This document shows, piece by piece, positions 12,228 through 24,000 of a stretch of 64,000 nt of DNA. The DNA lies in contig CAJINV010000001.1 of the NCBI GenBank assembly GCA_905178155.1, forward strand, positions 1,104,606 to 1,168,605. The letters are read 5' to 3'. The stretch is from Amoebophrya sp. A120. Lineage: Eukaryota > Protista > Dinoflagellata. The first letter of the stretch is position 1, and every line of letters begins with the position of its first letter. A program made the position numbers and the translations under genes. The notes beneath the pieces are model-generated. The model did not search any database. It saw nothing but the letters and a program-made list of their open reading frames with translations, and was not told the DNA's origin.

Positions 12228-13618
12228 CTAGACCGCCGCCGCCGCGGCGGCCGGCTCCTCCTTTGCCTCGGTGCGCCACGATTCGAACGCCACATGTTCG
12301 AATTTGTTCTTGAACTTCCCTTCCTGCATCTTCTTGTACTCCGACTCAGAGAGGTCGTTCTTCTTCAAATGGCGGTAGGTGCACTCGTTGCCCCAGGAGC
12401 AGCGCCCTCCGTTGCTCATGAACTCAAAGCACAGTGGTTTCTGTCCCTTTTTGCCTTTACCTTGACAAATTCGATGTTGATCATGTGAAGTTGTAGTGTG
12501 GCATGGTTTCGCACTGTGACATCGATACCGACTAGACATGCATGACTGGCATATCGACCTACCAAGACTTTTAGACACCAACACAAGCAACAGTACCAAC
12601 CTTTCTTTCCAGCTCCCTTGGAGTTCTTTCCGTACGGCGCGTACTGCCAGTTCTGCTGCTGCGTCTTTTCTAATTTCTCCTGCGCATCATTGACCTTTTT
12701 CAACGCCTCATCGATGCTGGCCTGCGCCTGCGCAGACACCGCCTTCGCCTGCTCAGTGACGTTGCGCTGCTTCGCTAACTCCTCCTGCCACAACCGGTTA
12801 AACCGGTTTTCCGCGAAGAACAGGCGCATGCGGCCCTCGTACGTCGTACCCTCCTGGGTGGCATCACTGGTGATGGCATCGGTCTTCGCCAAAATGGAAC
12901 CGAACACGACATCGGCGGCCTTGGTGCCCATGGACGTCTTGCACAACATGTACGAGTTGAGGATGGCATCACGCCGGACGGTGGTCAGGATCGGCTCACG
13001 ATCACGGTGACACTTCGCGGCCATGGCGAAGAGGAGGGTGGTGACATTGTAGGGCAACTTGGCCACAACCGTGTCGTCATCCACCGTCTTACCCGTCTTC
13101 AGCACATGACCTGACGAGACGTTTTTGCGATTACTTGTAGATCTTTGAGAGAACGACATGACGAAGACAAATTTGCGCATGCTGACTACCACATGTATTC
13201 TTCAACACCGACTTTTGTACCAGACTAGTGAATGCTTTGACAAAGGCGTACCTTTCTCCCACAAGTTGCGGTCATTGCAGGCCGCAGCCGCTTTCTTGAA
13301 GGGATCTTTGGACGGCCGTAACTCCGGCATCGGCGGGACCAAGTTCTGGAACGCCGTGGTGACCTGTTCCTCTTGCCCGGCGATAAAATCGACCAGGCGA
13401 CGCCCCTCCGCCGCCGGCATCGCGCCGGCAGCGGCAACACCTGAATGTAGTGACAAATTGGCATGAGAGGGGAAGCACCCTGTGATGACTGTAATTTCTA
13501 CAATGTCGCGTAATGTGTGTCAAAAGCAATCTAAATTCGACAGCAGAGAAAACGACCTCGTACCAGCAGCGGCGGCGGCACCTGGGCCAGCCGCGGCAGC
13601 AGCTCCTGCATCGGCCAT
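12228..13618 (-). CDS. Gag-like protein with coiled coil and CCCH zinc finger, 4 exons (~328 aa)
   Basis: Exons 13618-13564, 13440-13252, 13110-12601 and 12460-12228 join in frame through three phase-1 GT-AG introns (987 nt). C-terminal CFEFMSNGGRCSWGNECTYRH. Confidence 0.75.
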
Positions 13619-13931
13619 TTTTGCAACTCGGTTAGAAAGTGGAAATACTAGGCTTTAATTACTTCTTCCTACGGTTTCAATTTGATTTATGCATTGACGA
13701 CGAAAGCAGGTTGTGACGCACACACACGGATTACGTTTTTTCTTCACATTTTCCTCGCGCTGAAGATCTTGAATTGCGGAACATTGACTTTGAAGTACAC
13801 GAACACAACTAACTTATGTGGGCTATGCAGAAGCTGCCACTCGTGCCACGTGGCACGACATTTGCATTTTATTCCAACAAAAACACGGCAATAACTGAGA
13901 ATCCTGCACAAGGCTGCACATGTGTTGCTAA

Positions 13932-15365
13932 TTACACACCCGCAAACATAAGGTCGACAAACATAGATCTGGACACATGCGGAATGCTGCGGATGTAGTA
14001 CAAAAGCATTTGTAAGTTTGCCCAACGACAGTGGACAATACAGCGCACGGGGTCAAGCTTAGCCAAGTAGAGATGTGTGGCGCAACCGATGCGCCACGAG
14101 TGACTTGCGACATGCTGCTCGTCTTGAAACACATTTTTCATAATTTTTGAGACATCGAGGTCGTCTTGCGTCAGCGTCGGTATGATCTGCTTAAACTTGC
14201 ATACACAGAAACAACTGGGGTAATTCAACCGCGCTAGATCTTCACAAATGCACTTCACACGAACTAGGGAATATGTATTTACCTTCACACTGGCCTCTTG
14301 AAAATTGAAGACGAGGTCTTTGCCTCTGTAGCTCAATGCAATGAGACCCTTTTTCCTTGTGAACCTGACGTCAAGCTTAGCGCACTCAGATTTCCTGAGC
14401 GCGCCGTAGAAGCACAAGAGCAACACCACAACTTGGCCATAGTTTAACTTTTTTAAGTTCCAATACGCTAAAATGTGTGCTATCGTAAGTGGTGACTTCT
14501 GCTTCTTCCTCCCCAAGAAGCCTCGCCGCACAAGGGACGCCAACTCCCTGTGTATCGTCTCCTTCTCCTCACTTGATAACCTGCACTCCGGGTGGTTGAG
14601 AACATCCACCACCGCCGGTTTGACGCTGAGGTAGCCAGCCGCAAGGCTGGCTCCTATGAACATCCGTACACTGGAGAATGTCCACGGCGGACAGTTCCGT
14701 GGCAGATTGACCGCGATGCGCATGTACCTGCTGATGCGCGACTGCCGATTCGCGTCGGCTTTCTCGGTGGAAACTTTCTCGTTGAAGTCATGGAGAGCTT
14801 CTTGGAGTAACAGCGGATCCTGCGCTATGTCAAGCGCTATTTGCATCTTACTTTTCGCACTGCTTTTCTCCGCATCTGTCCGCGCGGAAAAAACCTCGTC
14901 GAGGGTGCATTGCGCTTCCGTAAGCCGCGCTACGCAGAGGTCTTTCGACACGTCTGTCGCCTCCGATCGTACAAACGGATTGTCGTGCTTTCGGTAGCAC
15001 GCAATCTCCTTCCTCCCGTCTGGGAACGTCTTCTCTACCAACTTCAGCCTGGTTACATTCGGCAGCAACGCCAACAGCTGTGCCTGCGTACCGTGCAGGA
15101 CACCGAGATGCTCGCCCGGTTGACACGGGACTGCGGTCTGCTCGTGGGAAAACAAGTTCCGCGGCAGTTCTTTGGACTCCTTCAGCAGACTGGTGGGTAA
15201 CTTCACTCCCTCCGCTGCACACTGCCGCACGGCACGCTCCGCGACCTTGGCACCGAAAGCCTTGGTCATGTTCTCGAAAGTACTGCAATTTTCTGACGCT
15301 TGCTGCTCCATGTCAGACCGCAGGTCCGACCAGAAGTCGTCATCCGACGCGGAATCATCCATCAT
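13932..15365 (-). CDS. Tyrosine recombinase, 477 aa
   Basis: Catalytic set FYGALRKSE (R), SVK (K), SHSWRIG (HxxR), RW, LYY (Y). Confidence 0.9.
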   Translation of the reverse strand: MMDDSASDDDFWSDLRSDMEQQASENCSTFENMTKAFGAKVAERAVRQCAAEGVKLPTSLLKESKELPRNLFSHEQTAVPCQPGEHLGVLHGTQAQLLALLPNVTRLKLVEKTFPDGRKEIACYRKHDNPFVRSEATDVSKDLCVARLTEAQCTLDEVFSARTDAEKSSAKSKMQIALDIAQDPLLLQEALHDFNEKVSTEKADANRQSRISRYMRIAVNLPRNCPPWTFSSVRMFIGASLAAGYLSVKPAVVDVLNHPECRLSSEEKETIHRELASLVRRGFLGRKKQKSPLTIAHILAYWNLKKLNYGQVVVLLLCFYGALRKSECAKLDVRFTRKKGLIALSYRGKDLVFNFQEASVKVNTYSLVRVKCICEDLARLNYPSCFCVCKFKQIIPTLTQDDLDVSKIMKNVFQDEQHVASHSWRIGCATHLYLAKLDPVRCIVHCRWANLQMLLYYIRSIPHVSRSMFVDLMFAGV

Positions 15366-15382
15366 GGCGTGGGCGGGTGGGA

Positions 15383-15717
15383 AAGAAAAACAACGCCGAG
15401 AGACGAAGTTTTCGAGGCCCAGCTACCCAAACTATATACGCATCTATCTACAAGCGCCCTGCGGGCGCACACAAATATGCTGGAGCGGAGGAGCATACGC
15501 TTGCAACCCCGAAAATAAGCTCCGATCTCGTCCCTCGCCTGGTATTATTTTCGTGCTTGGCTCTCTCTATCTCATCTTACACACACGTGTTTGTACTGTA
15601 CAGATGCTACCGTCTGGTCCCTCAAGGCTCGACGAGCGCCACGTGCGGACACAGCGCCGCGACACAAGCTGAAGACGCCGAGATCGTGTACGAGCACGAT
15701 CGAAACCGGGAGGCCCC
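15383..15717. repeat. Internal B-A junction (copy of the joined element ends)
   Basis: B (15383-15544) runs directly into A (15544-15717), sharing one A: ...CCTGGTA/TTATTTTCG... Confidence 0.9.
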
Positions 15718-16315
15718 TTTCGCCACCACGCTCACGACAGGAGAGGGTGCCGACTGAGGCACAACAAGAAGGACTCCCACTGGCGCTCGACGTCGAGCGT
15801 GACTGAGGAAACGCACGGCTCTCGGCACGTGTAACGGGCAAACAGACACGGACAGGCCACCTACGGGCATGGTCGCTGGCGTCCAGGAACCTGGTCCTGT
15901 GACATGGGAACGACGCGGAACGCTGCTGCTCAGGCGGGCCTGAACAACAGCTCCTCGCGATGTGCTCCGCTCGGAAGCAGGAGCGCACTGCGAGGTAACG
16001 CAACAGAGGGTTGCGCACTGCCAACGGGGTGATCCTCACCGAGGTGGGGAACGACCGACCCGCAGAGCAGCAGCGCAGACGCCGAGTGCGACCTGCAGGC
16101 ATGCGCAACAACTGCGACTCATGCTGCACCAACCACCTGGCACTGACTGGCCAACCACATGTCCACACGGACTACCACTGCCTGCTTGTCGCACGACAAG
16201 ACACAGGACAACAGGCTGGTCGCCACACGACGACGTCAGCCCCGCCCTCCTACGGCCTCCACATGGAGGGGAGAACGGCACCTGCTGTGGGCACGGTCGG
16301 TGAAACCGTGAAGCC

Positions 16316-16477
16316 AAGAAAAACAACGCCGAGAGACGAAGTTTTCGAGGCCCAGCTACCCAAACTATATACGCATCTATCTACAAGCGCCCTGCGGGCG
16401 CACACAAATATGCTGGAGCGGAGGAGCATACGCTTGCAACCCCGAAAATAAGCTCCGATCTCGTCCCTCGCCTGGTA
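16316..16477. repeat. Split direct repeat B, terminal copy (162 bp)
   Basis: AAGAAAAACAACGCCGAG...CCTCGCCTGGTA, apparently identical to 15383-15544. Confidence 0.92.
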
Positions 16478-17901
16478 CTCTCAAAAAAAGAAAAAAAAAT
16501 AATGCTTGCAATTATGGATAGCCTTGTGGGATTTTAACAGTCAGCAACGTTCACAGTAGTCACATTAGAGCAGCTGTGCTATTTTTGTGAGTGTTCACAA
16601 GCAGCGCCTAAGAGATTGCGTGGGAAGTGCGTACCTTATAACAAAGGGAAAAGAAATCAGCTTTGTAAAAATATGGAAAACGTTGAAAGATCTGAGGCTC
16701 TGGGAGTCAGCTATGTATTGAAAGAAGCAGAATTGTCATCATGTGGCCAATTTGTAAGAGTGAATAGAGCCCCAGACTGCCCTGATATGGCTGTGCTGGA
16801 AATTCTTAAAAAAATCATAAAAAAATACTGAGAACAACATTGAAAAAATCATGATACGAGTATGCCAAAACGGGTCCAATGCAGCGCATTTTGTGCGACT
16901 TTAAACCGTTACTCCATCCAGAAAAGCCGACTCGATCGCGCCTGGTCGGTTTATGGTTATACTGAAAAATTATAAAAATTCCGCATCTGGAGAAAACGGA
17001 AAAACGCTCTGGGGGGGCGTGTGGGAAGGGATTGCATGTGGCCAGGGGCCTCCTTCACGTCGTTCGGGGGTCTCCTTCACTCCGCAGGAACCAACTTAAC
17101 TGCACCTGTTTCAACGAGGGCCGCGTCGGAAATTTTAGGGAAAGCGGAAACATCTGCCCTGTGGTTGCATGGAAAAAAACACCGGAGCGCCGTGCGCAAA
17201 AGGGGCTTGGGCGTTCAAAGCGGCGCGCTTTTGGACCGTCTTTCACCCCGCGAACGCCGACTCGGCTCCCTGTTCCGGAAGCCGGCGGAGGGAGCGACCG
17301 CGGTTCTTGCGGAATGGGCCCGCTTCGTGCTTGCGCAGAGAGCGCTTCTCACCCGGAAGCCGCAAGGGCGCTTTGACCTCGTCGCCCGATCGGGAACTTC
17401 GGAACATTGTCATTACTTTTTGCGGCGCTCGGCCGCGCCCTATTTTGAAAAAAACGATACCGACTGGCTTCACCTGCACGCGAGCGCGTGCATTTGACCT
17501 CCAGACTATTAGCGCACTGCACGAAAGAACAGTCGGTGAACAAGATGAGAGAACCATGTCGAGACCGAGAGAGCAAGTAGAATTAACACTCAGCAAGAAC
17601 ACCTACACGCAGCATTCGCTTCCAACCGAAGCTTGTTTACTATTTGCAAATCTTCTCGGAAAATGAACGCGACCGAATGATTTCATTGTCTTGCCCATCC
17701 GGATGTTGAACTCCGCAGGCTATTAAAGCAAAACGCACTGTACTTCCCACCCAAAGCAAATTCCTTCGCACGCCGACCCGCGGCGCCTCCATCTTCTGTG
17801 CATTCCATCTTGAAGAGCGAGAGGATCACCTTCTTTTCATCGGAATATAAACACACTTTATATTTTGGAAAAACACTGTATAGGTTTTGTGGAAGAATAT
17901 T

Positions 17902-20258
17902 ATGCAGGGAAACAAGATGTTGGAAGAAGCAGTGAAGCAGGTGGCGAACCGAGTCCGCGGCGCGCTCTGGGGAATGTACATGGGCGACGCCCTGGCCATG
18001 CCGGTGCACTGGTACTACGACCGGAACCGGCTGCGGCGGGATTTCGGGCAGATCACCAAGTACGAAAAATCGGTCCCCGAGTTCCCCGGCAGCATCATGA
18101 ACCTTTCGAACACGGGCGGCGGCGGGCGCGGCAGCGACCAGGGGAGCATCATCGGGGACGTGATTCTCCACGGCAAAAAGAAGTACTGGACGCGGGGCGG
18201 AAGCTACCACTACCACCACGGCATGGAGGCGGGGGACAACACGCTGGACACCATCCTCGCGCGACTACTCGTGAAAACCATGGCGGACAACAAAGAGCTG
18301 ATCACGCAGGAGTATCCTGTGCAAAAGTATCGTGCTCGTAGTAATTGCATTTATGCAATACAAATCGCTTTCTCAAGGCAAATCAGCATTACAATTTGCA
18401 GTGCTGGGCTATTTTGTAATGCATTTATGCGAGTGCGATACTTTTGCAATCCATAAGGAGCAGCGCCCAACCAAACTGGTCGACGCCTACCTGGAGCTGT
18501 ACGTAAAGTTTATGACCACCCCGGACTCTATGGAAGCGTCAGGTTTGAAATCGACAAAGTTGAAATGACTTGTCATGCACAAAATGCAAGGCATGAAGTG
18601 CCAGTCTTGCCGGGACGGCAAGTGAGGCCGCCTGTCAGCCTGTTTAGGGTTTGAAATAGAGCTGCTAAAGTAGCATGACAAAAGCAGTCGCCTGTGACCA
18701 AACAGCATGACAAATTCGATTATGGTTCTCGGGAAATCTGTCATGCACCGCTTAGAAATTGGGCTTTCAACTGGTATCGATTTTATGCATTACAAGTTAC
18801 TTATTTCAACTTTGACGATTTCAGTCCTGACGCTTCCATAGACTCGCACAAAGACGTCTACGCCGCCACGGCGCACCGCATGTTCTTCGCAAACTGGATA
18901 TTGAGAGGAAAAATCCCCCCTCCCCATATCAAAACGGAAATCTGTGATGCAGATTTGTTGTCACAAATCAGCTTTGTCATGCTACACGGGAAAAGATGCG
19001 GACTGTAGTGCTGGGTGGCGTGGGGGAGCCTTGCGTCTTCAGCATGATAGGAGGCAGCTGAGAGTGGGAAACAGCATGACAAATTGCCTGCAAACGAGAC
19101 CACGACTGCGGCTCTTGGCCTTCTAGCATGACAAGTCGATTTGGTGCCTCAAATCCTGCATCACAGATTTCCATTTCGATATGGGGAGGGGGGATTTTTC
19201 CGTTTGATACTGGATAAAAAAGCTCCCGCTGCGGGAATGCGCCGACAACGACGGACACAACACCGACTCCATCGACGGTACTTTGTTTTGAAATCTTCAC
19301 ATATGAAAGAAAATATGACGCCGGGCACCTTCTTTCTGAGACAGGCACCATGGGCGCTACTTGAGCCACGCACTACTTAAGATATGGCACTACTTAATCC
19401 ACGCACTACTTAAGCCACGCACTACTTAAGCCACGCACTACTTAAGCCACGCACTACTTAAGCCACGCACTACTTAACACGGCACTGCTTAAAGAGATAG
19501 GCGCGTCACGCACTGCTCAAGACCGGCACTACTTAAGACCCGCACAGTACTTAATACCGGCACTTCTACAATTGAAGACCCGCACTAGTTAATCCAGCGT
19601 GTTGCACGACACTAGCGAAGCGCTGAAGCGATGACTTTCTCGCACCCGCGCCAGACAAGTAGACCTTGACACTATATGCTTTTCAACAATTTAAGGTATG
19701 ATCAATGTGATCCCGTTTACGCTGGTTCGCGTGCTCGCCAAACCGGACGCAGACCGCAATCTGTGGATCACGGACATTATCAACGCGTTGCGCAATTCGG
19801 ACGAGCTGCCCCAGTGGGGGCGGCTGTACGACGAGGTGCTCGGTCGCGTGCTGCTCGGCGAGAAACTGCGCCCGGCGATCGAGAAGGTTGCGGCCATGAT
19901 CAGCCCCCAGCTGCCGCGCATGCTGCAGAAGAGCGTGGGCACCGCCGCGGACGCGGATCCCATGACCGCGTGCTACATCCACTCTTCCTTCCCGGCCATG
20001 CTGGTATTCGCCTACAAGTACGCAGACAACCCCAAGGCCGCGCTGCTCGCCAGCGCGAACGCCGGCGGGGAAAACGTGAACCGCAGTGCTATCCTGGGCG
20101 CGCTGATGGGCGCGGCGCACGGGCCCGACTTTGATTTGTCATTGAAGCAGGGGTTGGTACACGCAAAGGAATACGAAACGGAGATCGAGCAGTTTGTGTC
20201 CACGTTCAGCCGCGGGGGCCCGGCGGCGAAGACCGCCCAGGCAAGGTCGGAACTGTAG
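17902..20258 (+). CDS. ADP-ribosylglycohydrolase family protein (ARH/DraG-like)
   Basis: RGALWGMYMGDALAMPVHWYY, GDNTLD, NTDSIDG, NAGGENVNRSAILGALMGA. The frame is restored by removing IE8-10 and GT-AG intron 19278-19695. Start codon uncertain (17902 or 17917). Confidence 0.88.
18313..18455. mobile_element. Introner element IE8 (family C)
   Basis: TATCCTGTGCAAAAGTATCG...CGATACTTTTGCAATCCATA, with perfect AGGAG repeats. Confidence 0.9.
18529..18840. mobile_element. Introner element IE9 (family F)
   Basis: TATGGAAGCGTCAGG...CCTGACGCTTCCATA, with perfect GACTC repeats. Joins TPD-SHKDVY. Confidence 0.92.
18899..19209. mobile_element. Introner element IE10 (family E)
   Basis: TATTGAGAGGAAAAATCCCCCCTCCCCAT...ATGGGGAGGGGGGATTTTTCCGTTTGATA, with perfect CTGGA repeats. 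Body similar to IE7. Confidence 0.92.
19354..19595. repeat. Intronic minisatellite, ~16-bp unit GCACTACTTAAGCCAC
   Basis: Roughly 13-14 copies, perfect in the middle and degenerate at the edges, inside the GT-AG intron of the ARH gene. Confidence 0.88.
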
Positions 20259-21087
20259 TGAGTCGAAGGCGGCGGGTGAAGAGAGGGCCGGTTTTTTTTT
20301 CGCTAGCGATGAAAGATGTTTGTTTATTGGGTAATTGTGTGCAGAAGGCTGAAAGTCGACATTTTCAAAAAAGCACTTTTATACGGTGTAAGTCTGTAGA
20401 GGCGGCCTACCTTCGAAATTATCGCGCCACCTGCTTACGCTGTGGCGCTGAAAGACATGACGCGGAGGTGAGGTAGTTTCACTTAGAATGTCGCCAGAGC
20501 AGAAGCGGCATGCACATAGTTAACTACGTTATTGTGAGTGTACAACTTCTTGTGATTTTGATGCGGACGAACTCGGCCCTTCGTCTGACGAATGGTTGAG
20601 CGAGTGCAGAAGATTTTCGGACATTCATACGGACACAAAGTGTACAATTGGACATTTGTGCAGGCGCTCTCTGGCAATGAAAAAAAACTTTTAAAGCCGA
20701 AGTACTTATAACCCCTACGGCAACTGCTCTTGCACGTTCGGAGAGTTGCCTGCCCGCAGTGTTGCCACGAAGTTTTTCATGCGCACGGGAGAGCTTTGTT
20801 CTCCCCTATCAGGGTCTTTCTGCTTTTGTCGTCATGAAATAATCGGATCCTTGAATTTTTTTGCGGCACTCCGACCTTTTTTTTTCTCACGTGGAGAATA
20901 AACTGATACGACTTCCGTGGTTCATCTTTTTCAGATCGATCTATCGCACGAGGGATCCGATGTATACTCGAAGACATGGTTTTCTTCTCGAGAAATAGTA
21001 TTGCTGGGCGTTGCCGAGGCAAGCGATCTGGCTTCTATGAGTTCGCGATATAATTGCTAGCGTGAAGCTAACTCGTAAGGTAAAAAA

Positions 21088-24000
21088 ATGCTGCGACGCG
21101 TCCACCTCTTCGTCGGTCTTTTGCTCCCCCGCAACGGGAATTGTTCAGGCGAACCAAAAATTCCCACCGCACCAGAGGAAGCAACGTCGCATCAGGAACG
21201 AAAGCCGCAGGAGTTCGAGTTAGATCTGCTGCCCACGACCGACAAGCGCGCAGCCAAGGTGCACGGCTCGTTGAAAAGTCTTCACATTGCCGGAAACGAG
21301 TGGGAGTCATTTCAATTGCGGCTGACACATCGAGAGGACCTCACGGAAAAAAAATCGAGCCCCTACTGCATCACGGACGTGACCGCGCGGATAGAAGTGG
21401 AAAGGAAGAATTCAAGAGATCGTGCCGAACCACCGGAGAAAAGCAACAACGCGTCCTCTGATCCGGCCCGGACGCCGCGTCTTTCGCTGCATGCCCATGG
21501 GGTTGGTTGGATCGATGTGAAAGAAGTTTCTGATTGCGACGGTGCTTTAGGATTTTGGCCCGACATCGTCTACCCGGTACAGGATGTTTTTCTGAAGAAA
21601 AACCGCGTGCCCGGGGAGCTGCTGTGCACCAAGGCAGGCGGCGGAGCTACTGCACAAGCTGGCGGCGGTGCGTCGGCATCTGTATCATCCGAAAAGGGTA
21701 GAGAAACAACTAGACCCGTCGTCCCGGATGTTGACAAGGAAGAAACTTCTACCCGAAGAAGTCATCCGGTCCTGATGTGGTTTGACCTTTTCCGCGAGAA
21801 GTTTACAACTCCCCTGGCGGAGACGGCACCCGCGTCGACGAGCTTGGCGCTGCAGATCGAGCTGACCCGGGGCTCCGAGGTCCAGGTGGTCGAAAAGCGG
21901 ATCGCCTTGACGCTCTGGCCCTTTTCCCTACCCGACCGGTCCCGGTTTCGTACGACCTACGGCATTCACACACAGGATTCCTGGTGGCGTCGCAAAGTCG
22001 ATCTGGGTCTGTTACACCGCCTCAGCTTCGGCAAGGGCTTCGCGTTTGACGAGGAGCTTTTGCGGCCGCGGAAACTGCAATTTGATTCCCTGCCGGTGGT
22101 GCGAGCGGACGAGGAGGGGAGCGAGATTTTTTCCTCGTCGCAGGAACTACTACCTGGAATTATTGGGAACGCTAGTACTACAACGGGGAAGAGCGCAGTA
22201 GAGCCGATGAGTCTGTTCGGGAAGAGAGCAGAAGGAAAAAACGCAGACGAGTCCTTCTACACGAAAGACTATGGTCATACGGGCGAGATGAAGAAGCACT
22301 ACGAAAATAAATACCCAGACAGTATACGAAGCGCAACAGCAGCACGCCCAAAACGAAAACCGGTGCCAATTCAGCACGAGCGCCAGCTCTCCGCCTTCCG
22401 ACTGGGGGAGCTGGACACCCTCGAGTCGCTGCGGAACTCGACGTTGCTTCTCCCGCCGGACGAGCGACGGGAGGACTTGAAATACGTGCAGCCCTTCCTC
22501 TACCCCTGCGACGAGCCGGCAGCGACGAAAGAGGCGTTTGGCTTGTGCAAAAACAGAACGGACCTGCTGCTGAAGCGGTTCAATCAGTCGATATTACAAC
22601 GACCGGAAGTAGATGTTGTTGCTGGTCCTCGCAGACGTGTACTACAGCCAGAAACTTCAAATTTAAATGCAAAACAGCAGGAAAATAACGGTAATACCTT
22701 ACCATCCTACCACACCCCCATCTTAATCACCACGATGTCGCACGTCGCGGAGCAACAGCGTCCCGAGTTCGTGCCAGAGAAGCAAATCCAGATTTTCTGT
22801 CCCCTGGTCAACTTTGTGCACAATCCGGACAAGCACTGCGACGACTACCCGGAGTACACTTTCACGAATCAAAGAAGCACCTACAATGTCACACAAGGCG
22901 CGCCGTTTGACGTCCTCGCGGAAGAACGCGACAATTCTGACACGATAGTGGCAGCATCTTCGTCTTCTTCAAACGGACGAGAAAAACTCGTTTCGGGAGA
23001 GGTAGTATCCTCACATACGGAAACAACTACTACACAGCAAGCCCGAAACAACACGAAGAAGAAAGTGCAGCAGTCGGAAAATGAATTTCCGCAAACTCTC
23101 TTTTGGTACATCAGCTGCATGTCTCAGGGCTGCGACATGGATCTGCCGGACAACCGGCACTCCCGGGGCTGCGTCGGACTTCCCTGCCGGTCTGCGTATC
23201 GCGAGGAAAAATCCCCCCTTTCCATATCAAATTGGAAATCTGTGATGCAGGATTTGTGTACACAAATCAGCTTTGTCTTGCAGTAGAGGACTGCTGCAGA
23301 TGCAAAGCCTGAGCTGGGCCGTTTTGGTGTTGGCGCCTAGCAAGGGAGAGCAAACCGCTGCACGCCATACAGCATTACAATTTTCCCGCTAAACCCGGCG
23401 GAGTCTCTGGCTTTGTCTTCTTGCAATACCGAGACGTTTTGTGTCCGCAAATCAGCATCAGAAATTTCAGAAGTAAAAAGTATGTATTTTCAGTATGGAG
23501 AGGGGGGATTTTTCCTCAGAATACTGCGTGGCCCTCGTTCATGGTGGACACGCTTTTCGAACGGAACCGGAAGTTGCAGATGCTAGCCTACCTGTACGAC
23601 GTCCGGGGCGAGCTCTATTGGGAAGTGGACCAGTTCAACAGCACCACGGACTTGTTGCACTTCGGTGGAAATGGCGACGGCCAGCTGATCTACCCGGAAG
23701 GTGGACCGGGAGAAGGCGAGCAAACAAGCGGGAGAGCAGCAGAAGAAGTAGGGGGGAAAACTGCACAAAGTGCTGGTGAAGATGGTGTCGGAACACCAGA
23801 ACAGCAGCAGACGCTGGCGTCTGAAGTTGGGCCGTCCACTGCACGAGCTTTGAGTACAGGGCCCTCAAGATTGTCGTCGAACAAGGAGAAGAACGCGATT
23901 ACGAACGACGATCGCATCCCGCTGGCGAGCATCCGGTTGAAACACATCCGCGATGTATTACAATGAAGAATGCCCCGACCCCCGAATTTGCAAAAGTTTG

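Larger units (their letters stand above)
8817..16477 (-). mobile_element. Tyrosine-recombinase retrotransposon (DIRS/Ngaro/PAT-like) with split direct repeats
   Basis: YR, gag-like and RT/RNaseH ORFs on the minus strand. Repeat A at 8817-8990 and 15544-15717, repeat B at 15383-15544 and 16316-16477. No TSD at the outer ends. Confidence 0.9.

Noticed and set aside
15720-16315. ORFs in the spacer between the internal junction and terminal repeat B
   Set aside because: Overlapping short ORFs on both strands with no motifs; treated as non-coding element sequence.
19354-19595. Repeat array as CRISPR or spliced-leader relics
   Set aside because: Head-to-tail 16-bp units without unique spacers. 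The match to the dinoflagellate SL 3' end (TGGCTCAAG on the minus strand) is too short.
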